From positions 310,001-374,000 of the forward strand of contig NW_027191470.1 of assembly GCF_011745625.1 (NCBI RefSeq): a DNA stretch of 64,000 bases, read 5' to 3'. Source of the DNA: Cladosporium halotolerans. Lineage: Eukaryota. Made by a program: the position numbers and the translations under genes. The notes below the pieces were generated by a model. It was not told where the DNA came from and searched no databases. It was given only the letters and a program-made list of their open reading frames with translations. Positions 35,755-46,821 of the stretch are shown here, one piece after another. Numbering within the stretch: the stretch's first letter is position 1; every line of letters begins with the position of its first letter.

Positions 35755-37149
35755 GGAGAAGAGGGCGGGAAAGTCTGACTTGATCGCTCCCTTGCGGTCT
35801 GCGATGGCTGTTTTCCTTTCTCCCCCTCGGTTCTTTTGCCTTTGGGCAATTTCCACGCTGCCGGAACCGCTCCTCGAGCTTCCGAGGTTCCCTCGCGCGC
35901 CATGCCAAAACGTGTTCTGAACCGTAAACAGCACCAGCCTCGCCCCCTGACGTGTCTCGTGGTGCCCGCGGCGCAGGAATAGCACGCGAAGCAGTCTGCC
36001 TGGCCCACCGGCGCAGCGAATCCTGCTAGCCAGCTAGTAGTCATTCGACCCCCCCGACGCCCGACGTCCTCAGAACGGCGGTACCGCAGCGTCCGGCGAC
36101 GTACCTTATGATCTGCGCTGCAGAGCAGCCAGTCCGTCTGTACGCGGTGGGTCCGCTCTGTCTCCCCTCCACTGCCTAGCCTAGCCTGCAGGCCCCGCGC
36201 AAAGCCCGGCCGGCGCGCGCCTTGAAAGGGAAATGTGACGAGAGATCAGATAAAACGCGCCTGCGTGCGTGGGCGGCCTGCGAGCGGATCGGGCGTGTTT
36301 GCAGTGCAGTTTGCGCGTCCGCACGACGCGCGCGAACTCTGGTGCCGAATCGGGACGGTTCCTCGTACCGGATGTGGGAGGCGGGCGCATGCGGGTTTTC
36401 GCTGGTGCCGAGGTGGCGGTGAAGAGGCGGGCGCTGGTGTATAGTGGGCAGGGCGTTATTGGCGTGCATGCGTGCGTGTGTGTGGGGTTGCTGGCTGCGC
36501 TGAGGTGGTGAGGCGAGGAGGATCGCTGATGGGTGGTGAAGGTGTGGAGACGGAGATGGGGATGGGGATGGAGGGGAGAGCGGTGATGCTTACGATGCTG
36601 GGTGTTTTTGACATTATCGATGCGGGAAAGCATGGCTATGGATGGATAGAGGATGGCTTGAGCCAGTGTTTTGATGATTCTCTCCCTTCTCCGCCCCATG
36701 GGTATCTCCTATGCCGCTGCCGACTGCATGCGCTCGAGATGTGCTCGCCAAGGTGAAGACTGATAATCAAGAGTGAACAAAGCGCGGGTAGATTTTTAGA
36801 GAAATCTCGATAGCGATGATAGAAACCCCAATCTTAAAGTAAGAGCAAAAGCGAGCGCTGTGTGGGTATATGCAAATGTGAAAAAGGAAAATGGCAAAAA
36901 CAGAGGCAGAAACAAGACCGAGCCGCCAGCCGCTCCCATCCAAAATCCTTGAATAGCTTCTTTCTCATCTTCTTCCTTCTCCTCCCAGGGAAATCCGTTT
37001 TGTTGTCGTCCTTCGGTGATAGTCATACAGAAAGATAAATAGATCCCGTTATGATCCGTTGAAATTACGATTATAAGCGAGCGAGGTAGTTGCTGTAATA
37101 ATATGGCGTGTGCGTGAGGATGTCGGTCTTGCGGCCATTAAGATTGCCT

Positions 37150-38376
37150 TCAGAGGGTGATGTTCGAAAGGCTCATCTTATCTTTCGGCGAACCCTCGGG
37201 GGTGTGGATAGACGGCACGGGCGTGCCACGGCCGTGCATAAGGGCTGGGTCGATCGCAAGCTGCATGGGCGACTTGCGCTGCTGAGGGTGCGAGTCAAGA
37301 GTGGGAACAGCGAGATCGGGGATGCGAGGCAGCTGGACGCTCTGAGCGGAAGGCGACTGCTGCATCGAGTAGCTGCCGTGGGCGCGCTGAGGGGTGAACG
37401 CCGCGGGCGCCTGCTGGTACTGCTGCTGCATCTGGTAATGCTGCATTGGCGAGGGCTGGCGCGAAATGGGCTGCTGCATGGGCTGGATGAACTGCCTCTG
37501 CTGGGCGTGGAACATCTGAGGCTGCGCCGGGAGGAAGGGTTCCTGGAGCATCTGCGGCTGCTTGTGCTGGTCCTCATAGCGAGTGATCTGCATGGTAGGC
37601 ACCTGGAAGTCGGCGTCGCTGGCGAAGACGTTGGGAGTACCAAGGCTGAGCTGGGGTGCAGCAGACTGACGACGGTCACCACGGTTGCCGGAGAGGGGAG
37701 GAAGCTCGATGGGGGAGCCATTGTGGTGAGGTGAGCGACCAGAGATCGACGAGCGGTCAGAGACCATCGAAGGAGCTCCGTCGGCAGACATCTGAGAGTA
37801 GGTGGAGGGAGAAGGCAGAGGAGTCTCGACGAGTCCTTGCCTGAGGGCGTGTGCGTTGGAGGGCAGGCTCATGTGTTGAGGGAACTGCATCTGAGGCTGC
37901 TGGTACATAGGCTGCTGGAAGTACTGCTGGTGCATCTGAGGAACCTGGGGTGCCTGGAAACCGGCAGGCATCTGAGGGTGGCCGAGGGTGGGAACGGTCT
38001 GCTGCTGGCTGGGCTGGCGGACGGCGACTTCCTGGCGGCGGTTGTTGTTGGAGCGGCGGCGACGGTTCATTCCGCCATTCCACCAGTTCTTGACGGCGTT
38101 GTCGCTGCGGCCGCGCAGACGACGGGCGATCTCAGCCCACCGCTTGCCCATCTCGGCGACCATCTGCTCGATGAGGACGCCCTCCTCGGGAGTGATGGGG
38201 TCATGGTTGAGGTTAGGCTTGAGGTTCTGGTGGAAACGCTCGCGGCACTGCTTGGGCGAGCGGGTGCCGATGGTCGACGAGATGCGCACCCAGTTGTGGG
38301 CGCCGTGAAGGTTGACGAGGTGGAGCAGGTACTGGTCCTCGGTTGCGGACCAGGGTCCTCTCTTGTGCTGAGGCAT
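37150..38376 (-). CDS. flbD: Two-repeat Myb transcription factor, FlbD-like
   Basis: ATG at 38376 gives MPQHKRGPWSATED...RSPKQCRERFHQNLKP...GKRWAEIARRLRGRSDNAVKNWWNGGMNRRRR, followed by a Gln-rich tail ending KMSLSNI. The upstream part of ORF 37150..38646 includes a 5'UTR intron 38570..38423 (GTACGC...GCTGAC...AAG). Confidence 0.9.
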   Translation of the reverse strand: MPQHKRGPWSATEDQYLLHLVNLHGAHNWVRISSTIGTRSPKQCRERFHQNLKPNLNHDPITPEEGVLIEQMVAEMGKRWAEIARRLRGRSDNAVKNWWNGGMNRRRRSNNNRRQEVAVRQPSQQQTVPTLGHPQMPAGFQAPQVPQMHQQYFQQPMYQQPQMQFPQHMSLPSNAHALRQGLVETPLPSPSTYSQMSADGAPSMVSDRSSISGRSPHHNGSPIELPPLSGNRGDRRQSAAPQLSLGTPNVFASDADFQVPTMQITRYEDQHKQPQMLQEPFLPAQPQMFHAQQRQFIQPMQQPISRQPSPMQHYQMQQQYQQAPAAFTPQRAHGSYSMQQSPSAQSVQLPRIPDLAVPTLDSHPQQRKSPMQLAIDPALMHGRGTPVPSIHTPEGSPKDKMSLSNITL

Positions 38377-39152
38377 GATTGCGAGACCCGTTGAGGTGTG
38401 GTGTAGGTGAATGAATGGAAGACTTGAGGAAGTCAGCAACGGCGTCGTTGGGTTGGAGTGGCAACGAGGACGGTGAGTGTCGCAGGCAAAGCAGATGAAG
38501 TAGAGAGCGTGGAGGAGAGTGGTGCGGGACGAGGTGAGATGCGAAACGCAACGACAACGGGCAGGCGTACCTTTTGACAGTTGAGGGCAGGCGGGCGGGT
38601 ATGTCGCAAGTGTAGGCGTTTGGGTGGCCGTTGCAGAGGCGGGCACAACGGCAGTTCAAATGCTTGTGGTAGGACTCCTGGATTGGCCGGCGGGCAGGCG
38701 CATCTGAACACTTTCGCGCGCGAGGTGAATCAGGGCGAGGGGCCAAGAGGAGCGTTGCAGCGGTAATTTGGATTGGCTCCGCGCTCGACGTCGCGGTGTC
38801 GTGAGAGCTTCGGGCGCTATCGTCACGCCCGGTAGATCGAAGGCTAAGCGCAGGCCAGGTGGAGTTGGCTGAGGGGCTGACCCAAGACAGCAGCGCCCAC
38901 GGACGTTGTTCGCGCGCAGACGGCGCGCCTGCGAGTCAACGGCGCGGGTAGTGCGCTGCTAACGGTGCTAAGGAGGCTAAGCTGGCGGATCAACGCGCAC
39001 ACGGATCAAGGGCCTGCCTGGCGCGCGCGTGCGGCGTGGCAGAGGGTGGGTTGGGGCGGTGGCACTGGGCAGTGGATGTGCTGGTAGTCTGAGGCACTGG
39101 TGGGTGGATGGCTCGCGGGCTGGGGGAGCGGTCGCGGACGTGCGGCGAGACT

Positions 39153-39204
39153 GAGGCACTGACTGGAGGCACTGACTGGAGGCACTGACTGGAGGCACTG
39201 ACTG
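39153..39204. repeat. 13-bp minisatellite GAGGCACTGACTG x4
   Basis: Perfect copies at 39153, 39166, 39179 and 39192. Confidence 0.95.
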
Positions 39205-39879
39205 ACGATACAGGAGGCGGGCGGGCGAGCAATATCATACCGCGGCCGGGCGGCGCTCTGGTATATGTACGGGGCAGTACTGGGCGGTACAGTGCGCACA
39301 CGCTGCCGCAGCCAGGCCCAGGCGGGCGCCGTGGTCGCTGGGCACGGCGGCGGCGACGCAGTCAGTGAGGCCTGCTGCTCGCGCGCGCCGTCCGTGCCCC
39401 GCGATCCGGCGCGGTGGGAGAGGATGGCCGCAGGGGTGTGCGGTGTTGGCGGGCGCTGGACGCTGGTATGGGCCGTCATGCGCGCGGCGGCCGAGGGCGT
39501 GGGTGGTGTGCTGGTGTGGTGGTGCTCCAGGGCTCCAGTCCCCGTGCCGCGGCGGCCGCAACGCCTGCCCTGCCCGGCAGGCTGGCAGATGCCCGGGCTG
39601 CAGCGAGGCGCCGCCCAGGCATCGTCACCCCGGGCCTGCTGGCACATACATCCCTCACCCTAGACAGGCTCGCGCAGCGCAGTAGCGCGCTCGGAACAAG
39701 GCGAACTGGGCGGCAGCGAGTCCCTGCGCGAGCGATCGCCCGCCCGCGCGACCGCATGCGGCGAGCCCACGGCCGTGTCGGGCATGGCGCCATCTGCGCT
39801 GCAGGCAGAGCAGGCCGCGTGTGGACGGTGGGCAGCTGAGTCGGTGCTCACTACGATGCTGTAGCGCACCGCCATGGCT

Positions 39880-39912
39880 AGTCCACCAGCAGTCCACCAG
39901 CAGTCCACCAGC
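39880..39912. repeat. 11-bp tandem repeat AGTCCACCAGC x3
   Basis: Perfect copies at 39880, 39891 and 39902. Confidence 0.95.
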
Positions 39913-40098
39913 AATACCAGGCGCACGCACGAGTCCACGACGGCGCCCACGAGGATGGCCCGACAGCGCGACAGGCCCCGTCGCACGCGAGCGCCTGTCC
40001 GCTGCGCATCGCCGCCCGCGTCCGTGTCGTCGGGGTGCCTGCGGTGCGGTGCGGCGTGGGCGCCGGCAGCTCCATCCAGCGCTGCGCCGCCGTCGACA

Positions 40099-40135
40099 TG
40101 GGTGTCTGTGGGTGTCTGTGGGTGTCTGTGGGTGT
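40099..40135. repeat. 10-bp tandem repeat TGGGTGTCTG x3.7
   Basis: Copies at 40099, 40109 and 40119, with a partial copy at 40129. Confidence 0.95.
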
Positions 40136-43100
40136 GGATTGGGACGGCCATCCGGCGTGCGCGTCGTGCTGTTTCCCAATGCGTCTGCCTGACGAGCGCC
40201 CGCGCGCCACCCTCCCCACGCCTGCTGCTGCTGTCTGTCTGCCGTCGGCGAAAACGTCCAGGATCTCCCGCCAGCGCTGCCGATCCTGGCGCCGCCGCGC
40301 AGGGGTGTGGCCGGCCGCTCGCCCTGTCGCCGCGCGCCACCGCCCTCCCAAATTAGGGGGCGAATGTCTTGCATTCTGCAAGACAGCAGGCGCCATAGCC
40401 AACCGTCGTCTATCATACAGAACCGCACTGCGCTGCGCCAGACCGAGACACCCCGTCCCGGCAGCCGGCCTGCCAGAGGATTGCAGCCGTTGCCGCCAGC
40501 ATAGCGCAGGGGCAGACCGTTCGCCCGTTGCGCAGTAGATTGACGGCGATGATCCTCATGTATCTGTGCTGACGATCATCCGCCGCACCGTTGCCGTCCT
40601 GCGGGCGGGCATCGCCCGAGACCTACCCGTCCTCGCCGTCGCAGCCTTTGCAGCAGCTCTCGCGGCAGCCGACGCGGCGCCGGGCTCCTCGGCGGCCAAA
40701 GGATCGGAGGCTGAAGAACTACTGACGGCGCGCGAGCGACTCGCGCCCATGCCGGGGATGTGATAATGCAAGGCTCTCGCCGGCCTTCACACACCACCGC
40801 CTGCGCGCTGCCAAAACCTTCCGCGACCTTGCTGCAGAGAGGCGCCGGCGGCGGAGCCTCGACGTCGCCATCGTCCACCCTCCGCTGCGGACTTGGTCGC
40901 CGACGAGGCCTCGAGGCTCGGTGCTCAGGGAACGTGCGCGTGGTCAGCTGCTCGAAGGCATGGGCCTGCTATTTGGAATGAAACCCCGGTCCACTGCATT
41001 TCACAAAACAAGGTTAGCGGGAGGCAGCGTCTGAGTCGCGCCCGCAGCCCGCCCGCTTGCGTGCCTGAGTGTGCCTGTCTCTGGCCCCTACGCTGCTACT
41101 ACGTCTTTGTGCGCATTGCTAGCGCTCTGAATTCCGCGTGCTATCAATCAATCTATGCCTGGCTATGGAGACTTTCTTGCGCACGCACGGCTGGCTGAGC
41201 GGTCTGCAAACGCAACGGCGCGCTACTGTAGCCCTCTGCGGTCAGCGCTCCTAGCTTGCTTTATGCTGAGACCGAGAACGGCGGTGGGTGGCTGCGCGCC
41301 ACACTGACCTACCACCAGTCACTCCACCGCCCCTCCAACGGACACACATCAGTCAACGGTCATCCCCTGCCCTGGCGCTGCGTGCGTGGGGACAAGGACG
41401 CGCTCGTCGACATGTAGTAATAATGCTGGTCATGCACGCGAGCTCACGATCGGCCGTGCCCTATAGCACGCCCGCATAGCGCTGGCTGGTAAGATCTCCC
41501 TCGCAAAAGCCTGTCTCCATACCCTGGCCCACGCTGCTTCTCCATACACGCAGTGGCCGCGGTACCGTCTGCACAGTCAGAGACGAGTACCTTTTCAGCG
41601 TGAGACAAGCGGCGTTGAGGTCCGCCGCCCGCATACCGCCTCTTCTGCGATCGCCGTTGACTGCGACTCGCAATCTGTCGCGTCTTCGCCAGGGGGAAGG
41701 CAGACCACGGCGCCGTCTGTAAACAAAGGCCAGGGGTTCGATCAAAACCCCGGCCGGACCGCTGTCGTTCTCCCAGACGTGCCACACACACCGACGACAC
41801 CGTGCCACGCATGCACCTCCGAACTACGTCCACAAGCCAAACCACCTTGTCGCCGCCGTCCCCACGCTCGCGGATCACACAAGCGACAATGTGTGGCAGC
41901 TAGCACAATGGAGCGACCGAGTTTCTGCACCTCGCGAGTCGTTGGCAGACGCCCGCTCTCACAAAGCCCTGCTGCTGCGATCCGACTGGCCCGGCGAGCC
42001 GCACGCACGCTCGCGTGCCGGGCCTCGCGACTCGCCCGGCAGCCCTGATGTGCAGGAAGTGGCTCGGCGGAAGATCGCGCGCAAGACGGCAGACCCATGC
42101 AACCCACGGCGGGTGTCGCAGGTCGCGGGCGGGCGGCGCAGCCCCCAGCGCAGACTATGCCCGCTTCTGCCAATCCAAGCGAGGGCGCGGGCCCGGCGTC
42201 GCGGGCCAGACGGTGCGAATCTTGCAGCGCAACGGCGCCTGTTTCCCCAGATCTTGCAGAAATAGTCTCCACAGCGTCGGGTCGCCGCGCAGACAGCCCT
42301 GCACAAGCCTGCCCTGGCACGCCTGCTTTGGCTCCCTGCGAGGCCGCCCGTTTCTGACTACTGCGCAGCCCATCGCCCGCCGAGGCCAATCGCTGCGGTC
42401 TGGCAAGGATGCGCTTCACCTCTCGGCGCCGCGAAGACGCTGCCCACGAGTCGCCGTCGCAGGTCGGGGCAGGCCGTCGGATCGCACGTGAGCCCTCCCT
42501 CAGCAGCAGCACCTCCTCCTCTTCCTCCGTAAAACCTGCTCATCGACGAGTCAGCGCGGCGATCCTCTGGTGGTCACACGTGCAGATCAAACCTGCTAGC
42601 CCGTCGCGCGGACACGGCGCCGGTGGAAAATCTTGCTGACGTCGTCCGAAAAGCCTCGTTCGGAGAGTAGTACCTAGCGCCGCGATCCCCTTCTTCACGC
42701 GCAGCCAGCCAGCCCGCTCTGCCGACCACGCCAGGCCAACCAGGCTCTCCCGCGCCCTTGAACCTTGGGATCCCACGCTACTGTGCCTCACACTCCGCCG
42801 CCGTTGCGCATCTCGCATTCCGAGATCCTGCCACCCTGGCGACGACAGCCCGCGCCGTTTTAGCTTCAATGACGACGACCAGGGTCTGCTCTCTTGCTCG
42901 GCGATCGCAGGGATCTCATTCCAAATTTCGCCTCCAACCCATGTCGACTCGTCTCGCACCATACACAGGGGAGAGGCCGAGTGGCAGGCACACACGCACG
43001 CACGCGGAAGGCCGCCCGCGCCTCATGATCTTGAACGTGCGGCCACACGGCTACCAGCGTCGCGGATGCGTCCATCACGGTAAGTCTCGACAGATCGCCT

Positions 43101-46004
43101 CGATCGCGCCCGGCTTCTCGCTTGCAGAGTACGTACTCCCATGGTGGGGTGTATGTATGCACTCTATCGTACGCGCTGCACTCTATCTGACTTCCGACTC
43201 GACACCCCAGCTGCAGCTGTCGCGCCGCTGCACGCTGCCGTCCAGTCATCGATCGTTGGGTCCGCCGCACAGCATATGCGACGTCGCTTGGGGAGCGGTC
43301 CGCCCAGCCTGCCGTATGAGATCTCGAGATTTCAATCGTTCTACTGTGCAGTCTCTTTCGCGACGCGGCGCCGCTGCCCCCCTGCTCGGCCGGCCCGTGA
43401 GGGATCCTGCGTCCACTCGTGCTGGGGAGCAAAGCACGAGATCACATCTACTGTACGCATCCTGGAGTCTGCACACCCAACGCACGATGTCTCAGCGTCA
43501 TCGATACGGCTAAGTACATACGTTCGTTGTTCCCTCAGATCCAGTCCCCTGACAGTATAGCACGGCACGCACGCTTCGGCGACACGAGACGACCTGGCAC
43601 GCACGCCTGCTGTCTCGGGCAGCCGCAGGCAAGACCACGTTCCACTCGCACCGCATGGTTCCTATTGATGAAACCACCTGCCCAATTTCCCCATCTCATC
43701 TCATCTCATCAATCTCACTCTCCCCCTGCCCACTCAACCCCAGACAGAAAGAATCTGAATATACGCAAAATTCCTCCTCGGAGAAGGCAGCAACTCGGCA
43801 TGCCGAACCGCCCAACCCAACGCCTTCCACCGTAAGCGCCCGGCCCTCCCGCGCAACCGAGTCCAGTCCACCGGTACGGTAACGGCGAAACGGCTACAGT
43901 CCCAGCGCCAGACAATTCGTCCGCCACCGGCGCTGCCTCGCGATCTCACGCATGCATGGGCTGGGAAGATATAACATGTCTCGATGCAAGTTGCATGCAC
44001 GCAGACTTGCCCGCCCGACGGGTCCCGACTGCCCTCCCCTCCCTGGCCTCCTCCCTGGCGCCCACGGATCTATTTAGCCGGAGACCATGGTGTTGTTTCA
44101 CTGCGGAAGTCTGCAGGTGGGAGGGAGGGGAGAGGGAGCTCGCGTGCCGTGCAGATGCTTGGATGATTGTTGTCGACCTACTACTAGTACTACTGTGCGG
44201 TCTCTACTCTCAAGAATGACAGGTCGAGCGCCGCGCTGTGCGCTGCGTCGTGCTGCCTCCCGATGCACGCGAGGGTGGGCTCGTGTTCCTGCGGGTCTGA
44301 TTGATGGGATTCGCATTGCCCGCTTCGAGTCTGGCCGGTCTCGCTTGGGCGCGAGAAGGCAGGCGATTCGTTCGCTGCCGGTGCTGGTGCGAGAAGTACC
44401 GTCTGCCGTGCGCTTTTTGCCGCGCTCGTGCGTGTGACGTGTCGTCCTTTGCGAGCGCGTGGCTTGTGGGATCGAAGCCGGTGGCATTCCTCCGACATGT
44501 ACCGTCTCACCTCACCTCACCTCATCTCATCCTCCATCTCGTCGGCGCCACGACAGGTACTTGCTTCGCCGGTAAGTCTCGCAAGTAAGTACGGTCATCA
44601 ACCCAGCCCTCCATCGCACAAAGACCCGCTCCCGTGTGCCCTACGCCGCACATATGATGTAAGCTGTCGGCAGGCACGCACGCGTCCGTCCGTTCGTGGA
44701 ACTTCACCCGTCCACGTGCAGCCCTGCGTCTTCTACCCGCCCAACCGAGCCTCGGAGCCCTACTTCGCTATAGCAGAAAGCGGCCGCGCACAGGCACACA
44801 GGCGCCTGGGGAGCGGAAGCGAGCCTGGAAGCCCTAGAGTCCTGTATCGCAAAGCGGCCGCTCACAGCATCGACAACCGTGTAGATAGATAGATATACAT
44901 ACACACGCGCCGAACCGAGCCCTGCCCTACGAATAAGCCCTGCGTCTCTCCGTTCTACCGCAGTCTCCAGCAAGCCAGCAGTCATCAACGCGTCCGCAGT
45001 CCGCGCCCACGTGCGCGTCCGCTGCACCTCGTAATCCGGCCACGCCCCAAAGCGTCCATTGCTACTCTTGCTGCTGTCTGCCCTTGCCGATGCCGGTGCC
45101 GGTTCGGTACCGCTCGCCACGCTGTCTGAGCAGGACGCAGACGCACGTTCTCCGACGGCGCGGTGCGGGCTGCCGCGCGTCTGTTCTGTCTTGTCTTGTC
45201 TTTTGCTGCTTGGGCGGGAGGGACTGCTGGGGTTGAGAGGGGAGCTCGCGGCGCAGGCGAGGGAGGGATGGGATGGGATGGGGGGGCTTTGGGGAGGTGG
45301 GTGGTGGAAGGGGGGGAGAGGTGGTTTGGGTACGGGTGTGAGGGAGAGGAAGCACTGGGAGGGAGGGAGGGATGGGGACTGGGGGTCGAGTAGCGAGGCT
45401 GTGGTTTGGATTGGGGTAGGCGCTCGGAAGTGGGGATGGTAGTTTCTTGTGCGGTGCGCAGGCGTGTTGAGACGTTGAAGTGACGTGTGGTGGTGTTGGT
45501 TGTGAGGGGTGGTCTGCCCCAACCCTAACCCTAGTACGATGGTTGGGGTTGGAAGGGTTGGGTGATATTTGGGGTGAATGAGCCTGACAACATGTTTTGG
45601 TTGTTTCGTTGTATTCACATGTTCATACGGTCATATCGTCTGTTTCTGGTTGTATTGTGCTGTGGTGGTTGTCCTGTAGTGAACGTGTCAGTGACCTAGC
45701 GATGGAATTCGAGAATTGCATGCAAGACATGTATGTCTATCAGCTTTAAATGGGAGACCTCACGGGCCTGTAACAACTCAGACGATCAGCTTATATTTGT
45801 AAGAACGTTCCACAGGTCCACATATCAATGCCGGGTGTCTTCCCATCCAGTCGGCACTATCACGTTGCGGTCTATGGGGCAGCAAAGGTCCAGTCCAATC
45901 ATTCAATGCATATCTATCTCTCTACGTGACACTCGTGACAGCCGTCAAGTCGCCGGTACGTATGCATGCTCTTCATTCGCACATCTGCTATCTTCCAATG
46001 CTGC

Positions 46005-46391
46005 TTACTGGGTCTTGACCTCGCTGTCGTTCTCGACGTTGATGTGCTCGTTCGACTGCATCGTGTGGACCTTGTCGTCAGGGAATGAGGCTCTGTTGGT
46101 CGTCAGTATCCATGCTGCAAGCAGTAGGGCAGAGCTCAGGCAGAACGATTGACGTACGTGAAGCCCTTGACCAGCTTGAACTCGTGCTCGATCTTGCCGC
46201 CCTGGTCGGTGCACTGCTTCTTGGCTCTGTGGTGGGTTAGTCGATTGTTGGGTTGTAAGTGTCAAGGGGCAAACGTACGCGTCGAGCTGCTCGGCACTAG
46301 CACCCTCCTTGAGCGAGACCTGTGATACTTGGTTAGCTCAGTCGGGTCGTGGAGGGTTGGATTGATGAGCTCGTACGTTGATCTGAGGCAT
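46005..46391 (-). CDS. Peptidase inhibitor I9 family (subtilisin-propeptide-like, POIA/Pbi2-like), 70 aa, 4 exons
   Basis: Exons 46391..46377, 46319..46279, 46226..46158 and 46092..46005, separated by three GTACG...CAG introns. Spliced product is MPQINVSLKEGASAEQLDAAKKQCTDQGGKIEHEFKLVKGFTASFPDDKVHTMQSNEHINVENDSEVKTQ, with I9 hallmarks GGKI.H.F.L.KGF and VE.D.EV.TQ. Confidence 0.9.
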
Positions 46392-46654
46392 CTTGTTTCT
46401 GATGCTGGTGTGGATGAGGCGGCTGATTCGATGCGTTTTGGCGTTGATGATGGAGCTTTTGTTAATGGAAGTGGCTGTGAAGAGTTGTTGGGGATGTCTT
46501 CGAAGTAGAGGAAGATAACGCAAGATAGATAGGTAATAACACAACACGGCAATGCTGTCGCCTGACCTTGATGCTGTCCCACTATCTGCCCCGCCGCGCT
46601 GCGCAGTGACGTCTGCGGACCGCACGTGCTGGACTTCCAGACCCTGATCCTCGG

Positions 46655-46686
46655 CGAGATAAGATCAGACTCCGAGATAAGATCAG
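46655..46686. promoter_or_regulatory. Duplicated 14-bp GATA-containing element CGAGATAAGATCAG in the I9/BMS1 divergent promoter
   Basis: Exact copies at 46655..46668 and 46673..46686, ~135-165 bp upstream of the BMS1 ATG. Confidence 0.6.
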
Positions 46687-46821
46687 CGCTAGCCGCTTTG
46701 GAACTTTTCGCGCCAAGATTGCCCGACTTTCTCGGTCTCGCCTCTTGCCTGGTTTGCTATTGCATCTCCCACAGCGCTGCGCCAGCAACTCTGTGCCGGA
46801 GACAGACGCTTTTTCGAAACC

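Noticed and set aside
35545..35845. A-rich and T-rich tracts as inverted repeats of a MITE or structured RNA
   Set aside because: Complementarity is loose and low-complexity, with no defined terminal inverted repeats or target-site duplication.
39153..39204. Tandem repeats as a possible CRISPR array
   Set aside because: There are no spacers, the units are only 10-13 bp, no cas genes are present, and the context is eukaryotic.
41732..41750. GGTTCGATC within a short hairpin as a tRNA T-loop or B-box
   Set aside because: No cloverleaf, acceptor stem or A-box is present, and the B-box consensus is incomplete.
9321..45533. CCCTAA/TTAGGG-like words at ~9326, ~11084, ~35629 and ~45521 as a possible telomerase RNA template
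   Set aside because: The matches are short or imperfect. The best two leave too little downstream room before the next gene, and I recognised no pseudoknot or P6/6.1-like element. An Infernal search would be needed to revisit this.
38977..45618. Many 100-300 aa ORFs upstream of flbD
   Set aside because: None has recognisable domains, and they overlap on both strands, so they are probably GC-content artefacts.
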